A DNA stretch of 64,000 nucleotides from Octopus sinensis (lineage: Eukaryota). Within the stretch, counting starts at the first letter, position 1. The number at the start of each line of letters is the position of its first letter. Below, one piece after another: positions 12,999 to 24,400 of the stretch. The stretch covers positions 58,466,001-58,530,000 of the forward strand of contig NC_043000.1 of NCBI RefSeq assembly GCF_006345805.1. Direction: 5' to 3'. The notes under the pieces were generated by a model that saw only the letters and a program-made list of their open reading frames with translations, did not search any database and was not told the origin of the DNA. Both the position numbers and the translations under genes were made by a program.

Positions 12999-15608
12999 GT
13001 AATAATTTTCAATTCATATAAATACTCTGTGTAAAACAACTAACTCAAGTAGTAGTTCTTTCCTATATACCTTTGTCTAACTGTTCATCTCTATCTCTAG
13101 GAGTTGAGGGAAATTTGGCTGTTATTTCTAATGACTATATGAAGGCTCCCTCAGTGCGTGTAACATTTGTTTTGTTTCCCTATGATCAAATCTTGCTAGG
13201 GCTGGGCTGAGTCTGTTTTCCGTTGCCTTTGGATAGAGGACAGAAAAAAATATATAATAGTAATATAGTGATATTAAATTGATTTTCACCCACTTCTATA
13301 CTTTCAGCAACTGGTCATTTGCCCAAATAGTAAATCAATAGTTAATACATACTGAGGATTTTAAAGTGGAGAAAATGTCAGACAAATTCTTGATGATATT
13401 TAGTTTTATCCTTTTACAAATCCTGATAAGATCCCCTTTGACTTCCATCCCACTAGAGTGGAAACTATCAAGTACTAGGCAGTTGATTTGACTACCTACA
13501 CTGTTTTCTTATGTTTGTGGCATAGTGCCAATGTAAGAAATCAATATGTATAATGGTGATTTATATTCACAATATCTAATAAAGTAAATGATTTATTTTT
13601 ATATCTTGTAAGTCAGTGATAAACTACTGTACTTGTTACTTCAACATTCAAATTTTCTAAAGTCTATACATTATATACATCATGGTCAATAAGATTTTTG
13701 ACTTTCTCATAAATCTATACTATTGGATAACATATATGCTTCTAAGAGCCATTGATAGTATCACTGTTCAGTCATTTGATTTGCTAGTAATAACAACCAA
13801 ATTCACATCACTAGCATCCGAATTCACATCCTACTATCTTAAATGAAGAAGCCTAGATATATCAGACAGTATAGTCAATGGCATTCAAAAAGAAGGGATG
13901 GTTTCATCTGATCTTTGATTATAGATCTGTTCAATATGTACTAATATGGGGCTATCTACATCATTAACAATAACATTGACATCTATTTTACCCATTAATA
14001 GTGGGGATATTACGTCTGAAAATAGATGTCTTTCTAACTGGAATTAAAGTTTATAATAGATACTTTTCTTAATGTTGATTTGTTTCATAGGCACAAAGCC
14101 TCAAATTTGGGTGAAAGGAAAAGTTGATTGTAGCAATTCCATTACTTGAATGGTACTTATTTTATCAATCTCAGAATTATGTAAGGTAAAATCAACTTAG
14201 AACATAATACATAATCTGAAAAGTTCTTCATCTCAGAAATATATATAAAGATTATACATGTTCAATCAAAATTATAAAATATGATGGTAGTCATTGTTTA
14301 GCTCCAGCTCACTTTGATCAATCAAATCTATCATCAAACACATTGCAGCTATGACTATCCTGTCTTATTTATAGATACAATGCATTTATAATCACATTCT
14401 TAATACTCTTTCTCTCTAAAAACACTAAGATATAATTTAAGGAAAATTTGGCTGTTATTTCTAGTAAATGACTACCTAGAGGTTCCCTCATTTGCTCATA
14501 TAAAATATGTTAGTTAAAATGGTTGACACCTCTCACTTGTAATGTTTTTTCATATCATGCCTTTAAAATAGAACTCCGTTTTTACTCTCTGATGTCTACT
14601 TGCAGTTAAAAGAGAGCCTGGAGAGTATTGTCAGGATTATAGCACAAACAAATTCAAAGATCTAAGTTTGGGTGATGTAAATAGTGCTAATAATGATGCT
14701 CTTTGTTGACATTAAATAATAATTGTTTCTAAGGTTGCAAAATATTCGAGGTAAGGTATAGTAGGGCATAGTCAATTATATCAACCTCAATAATTACTTC
14801 ATGTTTACTTTAACTACTCCAAAGGATACTAAGCAAATTGATTTTGGGAAAATTTTACAGAATGGAAAGGGTTGTAACAAAACACTATGTTGTGGTCTTG
14901 CTAGACAATTCTGCCAATCTGCAGATCCTTTTAAATCAATAAATAATGATGACACAAAATATGTAACATGAGAATTAGGAGGAAATTTTGTTAACATATT
15001 TAATATGGATATATCTATAATATATTAAAAACCAGCTTGCTTGCTTGCAATGTTACCCAGCCAAATTGGCACATAATGTGAGAATACTATGAATTAAGTT
15101 TCCCCTGAAATTTAAATATGAACGGAATAAAACCAGTTTCGCATAAATCAGACAAGTGGCCATAGAGATATTACAGGTTTTCAGGGTATAAATACCCAAA
15201 ATGGTGCATAATAAGAAAATTCTCCGAATTTAACTTCATCCCGAAAGGGAAGAAACTCTTGTCTTTTGATTAGTCACAGTGATTTGACAATGAAAAAATA
15301 TGATTTGTTTTTTACAGTAAATGTGTCTATTTTTGCCTTTGTCAAACACAATATTTTTAAGTTAATGTGATTCCAAAAATGTAAGTTGTTTGTATAGTAA
15401 ATATTTATATTTTAGCTTTCTTTAAACAGAAATTATTTTCAAGTGAATACCATTACAACAATTTTTTTGGCATATTTAAAAAATATTTTAAAGTGAAAAT
15501 GACTTTAAAGATACAGTAAATATTTTGCAAAAGGCCATTACCTTGGTGTGAAATAATTTTTTTCCATAGGATTTTTTTTTAGTGCACTCAACATATCTCA
15601 CCTCCAAT

Positions 15609-15721
15609 GATTTGGCTGCTATTTCTAACATGCTCTGCTACCACGTAACAGCTATTTGCAATAAAGGACCTTAAATACCTGTTATGTGGTAGCAGTGCGT
15701 GCAAGAAATAGCAGCTAAATC
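15609..15721. repeat. Fold-back inverted repeat (43-bp arms, 27-nt loop)
   Basis: 15609-15651 versus 15679-15721: 37/43 identical as reverse complements; 3 of the 6 differences are G-U-compatible in the + strand RNA. Confidence 0.85.
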
Positions 15722-15906
15722 TTTCCTTTTGGGGGAAAGGAGCCATTTATGTATGATTTCAATGCCACATTCATTGAAAGCATGTAAAATAACCTGGAAA
15801 AGATTTTAAAAAACCCACAAAACAGACAGAACTCCATTGCTGGGAAATGTAGACTTTCCGAGTGACCCAAATGGGTAGTCTAGTATATATATATATATAT
15901 ATATAT

Positions 15907-16210
15907 CATCATCATCATCATCATCGTTTAACGTCCGTTTTCCACGCTAGCACGGGTTGGACGGTTTGACCGGGGTCTGGGAAGCCAGGGGCTGCTCCAG
16001 GCTCCAGTCTGATCTGGCAGAGTTTCTACGGCTGGATGCCCTTCCTAACGCCAACCACTCCGCGAGTGGAGTGGGTGCTTTTTACGTGCCACCTGCACAG
16101 GTGCCAGGGTGGGTCTGGCATCGATCACGATCGGTTCGAGCTTTTAACATGCCAGCGGCACGGAAGCCAGCCAAGGCGGCGCTGGCATCGGTCACGTTCG
16201 GATGGTGCTT
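15907..16210 (-). mobile_element. Well-preserved (CpG-rich) RTE-type 3' tail element
   Basis: (CAT)n CGTTTAACGTCCGTTTTCCACGCTAGCACGGGTTGGACGG is the reverse complement of the RTE tail; CpGs are retained, unlike neighbouring copies. Confidence 0.75.
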
Positions 16211-16502
16211 TTTGGGGGTGCAGGTAATATAGGGAAGCACCAGTGGGGAGGGTTGGGGTGAGGAACGATGACAGCTAGGGTTGATGCAGGTTCGTAGGAA
16301 ATAAAACGTAGGACTTCACGAGTGGGGGAGGGGACTGGAAGGAGTTAGCCGGTTGAGGCAGTGACAGATTCAAAAACAGGAGGAAACGTAGGATAGGTGG
16401 GGGGGGGGTTGATGAGCTGCGGCGCTAGCTGCTTGTCTTGGTGGGGGGTAACACAATGAAAGCATGTGAGGAGGAGGGGTAGGAGGGAGATACACACATA
16501 AT

Positions 16503-16713
16503 GGTGGTGGGGGTTGGAAAGGGCGGGAGAACAGTGTTCACCGGTATTGGTGGTGGGGGTGGGAAAGGGCGGGAGAACAGTGTTCACCGGTATTGGTGGT
16601 GGGGGTGGGAAAGGGCGGGAGAACAGTGTTCACCGGTATTGGTGGTGGGGGTGGGAAAGGGCGGGAGAACAGTGTTCACCGGTATTGGTGGTGGGGGTGG
16701 GAAAGGGCGGGAG
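16503..16713 (+). repeat. 46-bp G-rich minisatellite, ~4.6 copies
   Basis: Unit GGTGGTGGGGGTGGGAAAGGGCGGGAGAACAGTGTTCACCGGTATT starting at 16503, 16549, 16595, 16641 and 16687 (partial). Confidence 0.95.
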
Positions 16714-16719
16714 CACCGC

Positions 16720-18000
16720 GAATGGTGAAGATCGAATTAAAGGATTGAAGGTTCTTTAGAGAAACGGGCGGGAATGGCGATGTTTTTAGGGTGACATAGA
16801 GAAAGAAAAGGAAAGCAAAGCAGATTGGTGGTTATAAGTTCAAAACATTTAAACGGTAGACAAATGTATGTATGTATGAAAAAGAAGGGAGAAAATCTTC
16901 TTAGCTTGCTTATGGACATCGCTGTAAGTCGGAGAAGAAATGATAGTGAATGGTGGAGATCGAATTAAAGGATTGAAGGTTCTTTAGAGAAACGAGCGGG
17001 AATGGCGATGTTTTTAGGGTGACATAGAGAAAGAAAAGGAAAGCAAAGCAGATTGGTGGTTATAAGTTCAAAACATTTAAACGGTAGACAAATGTATGTA
17101 TGTATGAAAAAGAATAGAGAAAATCTTCTTAGCTTGCTTATGGACATCGCTGTAAGTTGGAGAAGAAATGATAGTGAATGGTGGAGATCGAATTAAAGGA
17201 TTGAAGGTTCTTTAGAGAAACGGGCGGGAATGGCGATGTTTTTAGGGTGACATAGAGAAAGAAAAGGAAAGCAAAGCAGATTGGTGGTTATAAGTTCAAA
17301 ACATTTAAACGGTAGACAAATGTATGTATGTATGAAAAAGAAGGGAGAAAATCTTCTTAGCTTGCTTATGGACATCGCTGTAAGTCGGAGAAGAAATGAT
17401 AGTGAATGGTGAAGATCGAATTAAAGGATTGAAGGTTCTTTAGAGAAATGGGCGGGAATGGCGATGTTTTTAGGGTGACATAGAGAAAGAAAAAGAAAAG
17501 GAAAGCAAAGCAGATTGGTGGTTATAAGTTCAAAACATTTAAACGGTAGACAAATGTATGTATGTATGTATGAAAAAGAAGGGAGAAAATCTTCTTAGCT
17601 TGCTTATGGACATCGCTGTAAGTCGGAGAAGAAATGATAGTGAATGGTGGGGATCGAATTAAAGGATTGAAGGTTCTTTAGAGAAACGGGCGGGAATGGC
17701 GATGTTTTTAGGGTGACATAGAGAAAGAAAAAGAAAAGGAAAGCAAAGCAGATTGGTGGTTATAAGTTTAAAACATTTAAACGGTAGACAAATGTATGTA
17801 TGTATGAAAAAGAAGGGAGAAAATCTTCTTAGCTTGCTTATGGACATCGCTGTAAGTCGGAGAAGAAATGATAGTGAATGGTGGAGATCGAATTAAAGGA
17901 TTGAAGGTTCTTTAGAGAAACGGGCGGGAATGGCGATGTTTTTAGGGTGACATAGAGAAAGAAAAGGAAAGCAAAGCAGATTGGTGGTTATAAGTTCAAA
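16720..18000. repeat. 228-bp tandem array, ~5.5 near-identical copies
   Basis: Units start at 16720, 16948, 17176, 17404 (238 bp), 17642 (234 bp) and 17876 (partial). Variation is limited to a few SNPs and AAAGAA/TGTA slippage. Confidence 0.97.
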
Positions 18001-18160
18001 TATATATATATTCTTATACAAGAATATTGTTGACAGTCACTTCAAAATTTCGGCCAGCTAAATCATCATTGGACTAAGTTTGTACTCTACAAAAGTATAG
18101 AGTAACCCATCAGATTAATGTAATACTGTTTTTATTATAACTGAACATAAAAACAAGCAT

Positions 18161-18216
<56 letters not shown>

Positions 18217-18341
18217 TCCATTATCAACTTGAAATCGTTTCAATAAATTCCATCTAATTTATATTTCTTACTCTTTCCACAAAAGCTGTTGTGTATAATG
18301 AAAATAATTTTTACATCATTACATTCATCATACATCATTAG

Positions 18342-18435
18342 GCAACCATCGGGACAACATGGAAACAACAAGCCCACCAGGTCTTCCAACTCCTCAAGAT
18401 TCTCCAGCTCAACCCGAACCTGAGGACAAACCATG
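18342..18435 (+). CDS. Pro/Ser-rich linker exon (NHRDNMETTSPPGLPTPQDSPAQPEPEDKP)
   Basis: AG at 18340-41 and GTAAGC donor at 18436; 94 nt, phase 1 in, phase 2 out. This exactly bridges the phase-1 end at 12998 and the phase-2 start at 19505. Confidence 0.8.
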
Positions 18436-18795
18436 GTAAGCTTAACATATTTGATATTTTAAATGCATTTAGTTTACTTTCATATGGTTTACAAAGCATG
18501 TTTATAGTATGAAAGATATAAGTGCCATTTCACATAAGACAAAATATCATCATCATTACCTCTATCACTCCTCTCCATCATTGAAGCAATTCTATTTGGG
18601 TGTTAGACCAAGTATAACTTACTGACAAAACCCTCCTCAAATAAACCCTCTACTGTTAAAAACAAAAAGATATAGAAGAGTGTACTGGATAATGTTGTTC
18701 TAAGCTGTGTATTAAGAAGTTTGCTTCCCAACCACATGTTTCTGGGTTTAGTCTTACTGCTTGACACCTTGGATGAGTATCTTCCATAGCCTTAA

Positions 18796-19016
18796 CCCTT
18801 TAGAATTTAAACCGGCCATATCCGGCCAAAAGTATTCTGCCTGTTTTATGTTCAAACTGGCCAGATCTGGTCTCTCACACCAGCCCCACAATATCGTTTT
18901 AAAAATTAACAGCTACCTCATGAAAATCTCATAGCACCAAGATAATGCCTGATTAGTTCAAGGCAATGTGGTTAAAAAAGGATTAATTTTGGCAGAATAA
19001 TGCAAACACTAAAGGG
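18796..19016 (-). mobile_element. piggyBac-type MITE nested in a family A SINE (~18710-19330)
   Basis: TTAA flanks at 18792-95 and 19017-20; SINE sequence resumes on both sides. Confidence 0.75.
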
Positions 19017-19504
19017 TTAAGCTGACTAAAGCCATGTGAGTGGCTTTGGTAGATGAAATCTGAAAGAAACCTCTGTGTGCGTATGTTACTGTCCTCTTGA
19101 CTTGACATTGTGTGATAGTTGTAAACGAATGTTACTGGCATGTGAACTATGTTCTTCTTTTCCAATCTTCCATGAAAATATGTCTGGGGATATATTACTG
19201 TTCTTGGAAACAGGTGAGGGTTGGTAACAAGAAGGGCACCTGGCCATAGAAAATCTACCTCAACAAAATTCTGTCTTTCCCATGCTGCAAGCATGGAAAA
19301 GTGGACGTCAAAAACAGTGAAAAGGAAGATATTAACATGCATTGAATTTGAGGTTGTTTCAAGTTCTTTTATTAATGCAATTGCTATCTAAACTATGTTT
19401 ATATTTGAGTTTGATTTCATTAAATTATGTTGATGTTCAAAGTGTTGATGCCTAATCTAATTCACTTAGATCATTTTGAATCTGCTTTATTTAACTGATT
19501 TCAG

Positions 19505-19649
19505 TGTTAAAGAAGAACCTGTTTCATTACCAATGTTAAGAGACTTTCAAGGTCCCTATCCTGATGCTGCAAATTGGAGTATTGATGATGTTGTGAATTT
19601 CTTTAAATCTGCTGGCTTTGTAACACAAGCAGAAGCTTTTCGTGAACAG
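19505..19649 (+). CDS. Exon encoding the N-terminal half of the SAM domain
   Basis: ttcAG acceptor and GTAAGT donor at 19650. VKEEPVSLPMLRDFQGPYPDAANWSIDDVVNFFKSAGFVTQAEAFREQ matches the SAM helix 1-2 pattern (WS.DDV..F...GF..QA..F.EQ). Confidence 0.92.
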
Positions 19650-20472
19650 GTAAGTTCAATTCCAGGCTCTTTTACAGAAAAATCAATGATACTTTTATGA
19701 CTATATACAAATATATAAGAATAATGCTAATTATATGTGCAAGCATCACTGTATGGTTAAGAAGTTTCCTTCCCAAATATGTGGCCTTGGGTTCAGTTCC
19801 ATTGCATGACATCTTGTCCCAGTGCCCTAGGTTATTCAAAGCCTTATGAGTATGTGTTTGTCACCCACCACCACCACTTGGCAATCAGTATGGGTTTGCT
19901 TACATCCCTGTAACCTAACAGTTTGGCAAAAGAGACCAATAAAATAAGTACCAAACTTTATATAAAGAAAAGTACTGGGTTTGTTTTGTTCAAGTAAACA
20001 CTTCAAGGTGGTGCCCCAGTATGACTGCAATTCAGTCAAAGGTAATTAGAGAGCCTAATTGCTAGAAATAGCAGCCTAATCTCTCTCTCTCTCTCTCAGC
20101 TCACATGCCACTATCTTAAAAACACAAAGGACTACATATCCCAGATATCTAAATAGATGGGATGGTCTTGACTGGATTGCTTTTGATCTGCTTAATTAGT
20201 AATGATTGGTGACTAGAGAATACAATAACTGACAAAAATTATTCAAAATTTATAATTTCAATTAAACATCAAACCATCTGAATTTGCTCCTTTTTTAAAT
20301 GACTTGAAATATGCTTATTGCATCATAACTAAATCAAGTGTAATATTTTCATCAGATTACTGATTTATAATTGAGATATACCAACAGTTTACATTTTACT
20401 TCATTAATAAAGAATGAATTATTAAGAGAACAAGATATAGTAACTAACAAGTGACTCATACTGTAGTTCTAA

Positions 20473-20815
20473 TCATCATCATCATCATCATCATCAACAT
20501 CGTTTAACATCCACTCACCATGCTGGCATGGGTTAGACAGTTTGACTGGAGCTGATGAGCCGGAGAGCTACACCAGGTTTCAGTCTTATTTGGCAAGAAA
20601 CCTTGCCAAATCCCTCTACAGATAAAGATCAGCACTTCTTTACACAGCTGTCCTCATCCATATGCATCACATGACCATACCAGTACAGTCATCTCTCTTG
20701 CACACCACATCTGATGCCTCTTATGCCTAACTTTTCTCTCAAGATGCCAACGTTCTGTTGTACATGCACACTGAGGTTGCACATCCAGTGAAGTATACTA
20801 GCTGCACTTCATTCA
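20473..20815 (-). mobile_element. 3'-terminal relic of the RTE LINE
   Basis: Minus strand reads ILREKLGIRGIRCGVQER..YWYGHVMHMDEDSCVKKC, followed by the (GAT)n tail. Confidence 0.65.
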
Positions 20816-20972
20816 AGTTGTCCGATAGGAACTTCCAGTTATTTTAAATGTTTATTGGTTATTTTAAATGTTTAGGTTAACATTTTCTTGAAATATAAAG
20901 GCATTTTTATATTAGTCACTGCAATCTGTGAATATATTCATAATTTTTATCATTTTGTCATTTATTTTTCAG

Positions 20973-21125
20973 GAGATTGACGGCAAATCTCTCCTGTTGA
21001 TGAAAAGAAGTGATGTCCTAACAGGTCTGTCATTGAAATTAGGTCCAGCACTGAAAATGTACACACATGTACAAAATCTTCAGCTTGTTGGGCAGAGTTC
21101 ATATGTGAATGGTACAGGGCATTAA
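20973..21125 (+). CDS. Last coding exon, C-terminal half of a SAMD1/atherin-like SAM domain
   Basis: tttttcAG acceptor; [30 protein letters not shown]...GTGH then TAA at 21123-25. Closely resembles the atherin-like SAM motif [30 protein letters not shown] as I recall it. Orthology not tested, so no symbol is given. Confidence 0.93.
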   Translation, partial: EIDGKSLLLMKRSDVLTGLSLKLGPALKMYTHVQNLQLVGQSSYVNGTGH

Positions 21126-21460
21126 GGACACCTTCCTCTGTTTTAATTGTTGCCCAGTTATCACAAATATCTCATGCCTAGAATAACAGATATCTGCTGT
21201 GCTACGTTTTTGTTGTCATAGAATAATCTCATTTCATCTCTCTCTTTCTCTCTCTCTCTCTCCATGAACAATGTTCTCAGGAAATCCATGTTCTTTTCAC
21301 ATTTGCTCAGATTATTTCACATCCATGACTGAATGTGTGAGACAGGCTTTGTAAATAAACAGTATGTGTGATTCATCAATGAATGGTTAAGCTTGAAAGT
21401 GTTTATATATATAATATATAACATAATACATTATGTAATATATATGTAATATATATAATG

Positions 21461-21495
<35 letters not shown>

Positions 21496-24400
21496 ACGTA
21501 TTATATATATATAATGTTATATATATAATATAATATATATATGTATTGTATATTTGAAAAATTCATAAATCCTGATATTGTTTTAAATCACAGTTCATAA
21601 TTTATTTGGCCATTAATTTTCATTACTCCTCAACAGACATCATGCATCACAGCTATTTCATGGAAAGATTAATTTATAACTAGAAAGCTCAACTGAACTA
21701 CAAAGTGCTAATATTTGCTTTAACCATTTCATATTATTCAAAACCCTAACATATCATCTTTGTTTTGTAACCTGTTACTATAATTATTTCATATATATGT
21801 TTATAGAATCAATTCATTGAGGTTTAAAATTCTGTCACTGAATATCATGTTATGCATTATAAATTTTTTGAATGAATATAGAAAGTGTGTCCTCATATGT
21901 GTATTAATGTGCATAAATAATCATGTAAGTGCAAATACACAGTCATAGATGTTTTTATATGCATGATAATTCATACACAACATGTGTACATGTATGTATG
22001 CATGTCTGAGTTTGTATTTATATATACATATATGTGCATGTGTGCGCACACATATATAAATATATATATATATATATCATGCCAGCATGTAAAATGGTGT
22101 GTGTGTGTGTGTGTGTATGTATGTATATATATGAGCATTCTCACATTATGGAAACTTTGCTCCCCTGAAAATCTTGGTGTAATGTGGAGTTCCTTATCAT
22201 GTTGCTTTACTATTTTGGCTTCCATGTTTTATAGAAGTCAAAAACTAAAACAAGCTTCACATAACTAAAAGATTTTAATGAATGCTTCCTTAAGATTGAA
22301 GATGCTTGTGTGTATAAATGTTTGCATATGTGTGTATGTGTCTATATGTATAAACGTGTGTGTGTGTGTGTGTGCGCGCACATATAAACAGATTTTAAAA
22401 AGCTAGGATTCCTTTCAAAGCAACTGTTCTGTAATTTTGTGATATTTTATTAGGAATTAATAAAGAAATTCAAATCCAGATCATAATGTAGTTTACTTGT
22501 GATAAGCTGAGTGTACACATCAATGTGTAAAATTATGTTACTGTTCAGTTTTCAATCATATGGCTGATTTTCTATTTATTTCTGCAGCAACTGCTTTGTT
22601 TGTTGCAATAATGTTGCTTTATAGTTCATTATAGTTCATTATATAACAGTGTTTACCTGGTACTTTTTATATGAGATAGTAGCAGTTTAAGGCAGGGAAC
22701 AAATGAATAAGAGAGCTTTTAACCACTGTGAAGCTGGGTTTAATTTCCGTTTTCCATTGGCTTTCTGAACATTGCTATTCTGTGTGAATACTCAACAGAT
22801 TAATGAATTCAAGTCTCACTTAAAATGAACATGAGTTGGACTTTTGCAGACAAGATCCAAGTTTCAGTGAGGAAACATTTTCTAGCTACCATATTGAAAT
22901 AGGTCATAATATTTAACAGTGTATGAATGTTTTCATACCAAACATATCAGGCTGAATCTGTTAATATTTCTGAATTGTTTACTATCAAGTTGTCTAGTAA
23001 TATCCAGCAATGACATTTTGCTTATTCAGTTTTCCTTAGTTTGTCTGATACAACCATTTATGATTATTCAATATTTCCTTCTAGTTTAGTCTCAACAATA
23101 ACAACAATGAATAATTAATAATAATAGAAATCCGCATCATATTTTAGTATTGATGTAGTAAGTACAATAAAAATAGTGCAATCAATACTTAATTTTGAGT
23201 ATTTATTGCACTGGCTTTTCTATAAAATTCTTAAAACGCTTTTGCATGCATGTATGTATGTATGAGATGAATTGCAAATCCTTATTGTTTTCAAATTCTT
23301 TTCAATAATAGTTTCCTCAAATATCTTATAACTGATCTTCTGTGATCCTAAAATCTTGTTGAATGTCTGTAAACATATCACAGATCTCTTATCATTGAAC
23401 CCCTATTTTCCTTTTATCACTTTAGAATAATCTAACAGAATTTTGTTAAGATAGAATTACTTGTTTTGTCATTGACAGTGTTAATTGGTAAAGTTTCAAA
23501 TGATCTCTTTATCAAAAATTATTTATGGTAGCTGATATATGGAAAGCAGATATAAAATTTATGATGTTTAAATAATTGAAGAGTTTTTGCTACTGTTTCA
23601 AATATTCTTACAAAGGGAATCATACAATATATATTCTTGATCAATCTATTTTCATTTGAATATCATATATTTTAATTTCTGCTTTTCCATGCTAGCATGG
23701 ATTTGGTAAGAACTTATCTAAAAGAATTTATGTAAACTAAACATTTCAACTAATATTTTTGTCGCTTTCATTACACAAATGGAATCTAGTCAATTTGATC
23801 TTATTTTGTGTTCATAATTCATTTAAACATTAACAACGTATTTCAAATTATAAATATAAAATCCTAATCTTGTTAGTAAACAAGAAACAAAAATTATGAC
23901 AATTATTTATAATAGTTAAGACAATTTAAACAACTTTTTTAAGAATCAAAGCAAATGAAAATATATCTTAATCTATATTTACTAATTAACAATTTTAGTA
24001 TATAAATGTTAATAGTTGTTTGTGATATGGCATCAGTTTACTGTTCTTCCTTAATTTGAGTCAAATGAACTGAGTGGATTAATACTTTTGTACAGTTTAA
24101 GAAATTTCCACCTATGTCTTACACCATCACAACATATTACACCATCAGAGATTACTTCAGATTTAGCTTATTTTAACTTAGATTAATCAGTGATATAAGA
24201 ATAATCGTGCTGGTCTGTTTTGTAAAATCTGTTCTTTTCTCATTGAATGAAAGCTGTCATTATTTAATACTTACTAAAACCCAAGCAAATATTTTTTTAG
24301 TTTTGTATATTTTCATCAATGTAAGAAACATTTAATTTGTATCAATTAATCAGGAAACATTGGTTAGTGTCAGTTAATAACATTTGTTAATGTCTCCTCT

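Noticed and set aside
16720-18000. CRISPR-like regular repeat, and repeated 60-aa minus-strand ORFs (MSISKLRRF...)
   Set aside because: Units are contiguous with no unique spacers and no cas genes; the ORFs are by-products of the repeat with no recognisable motif.
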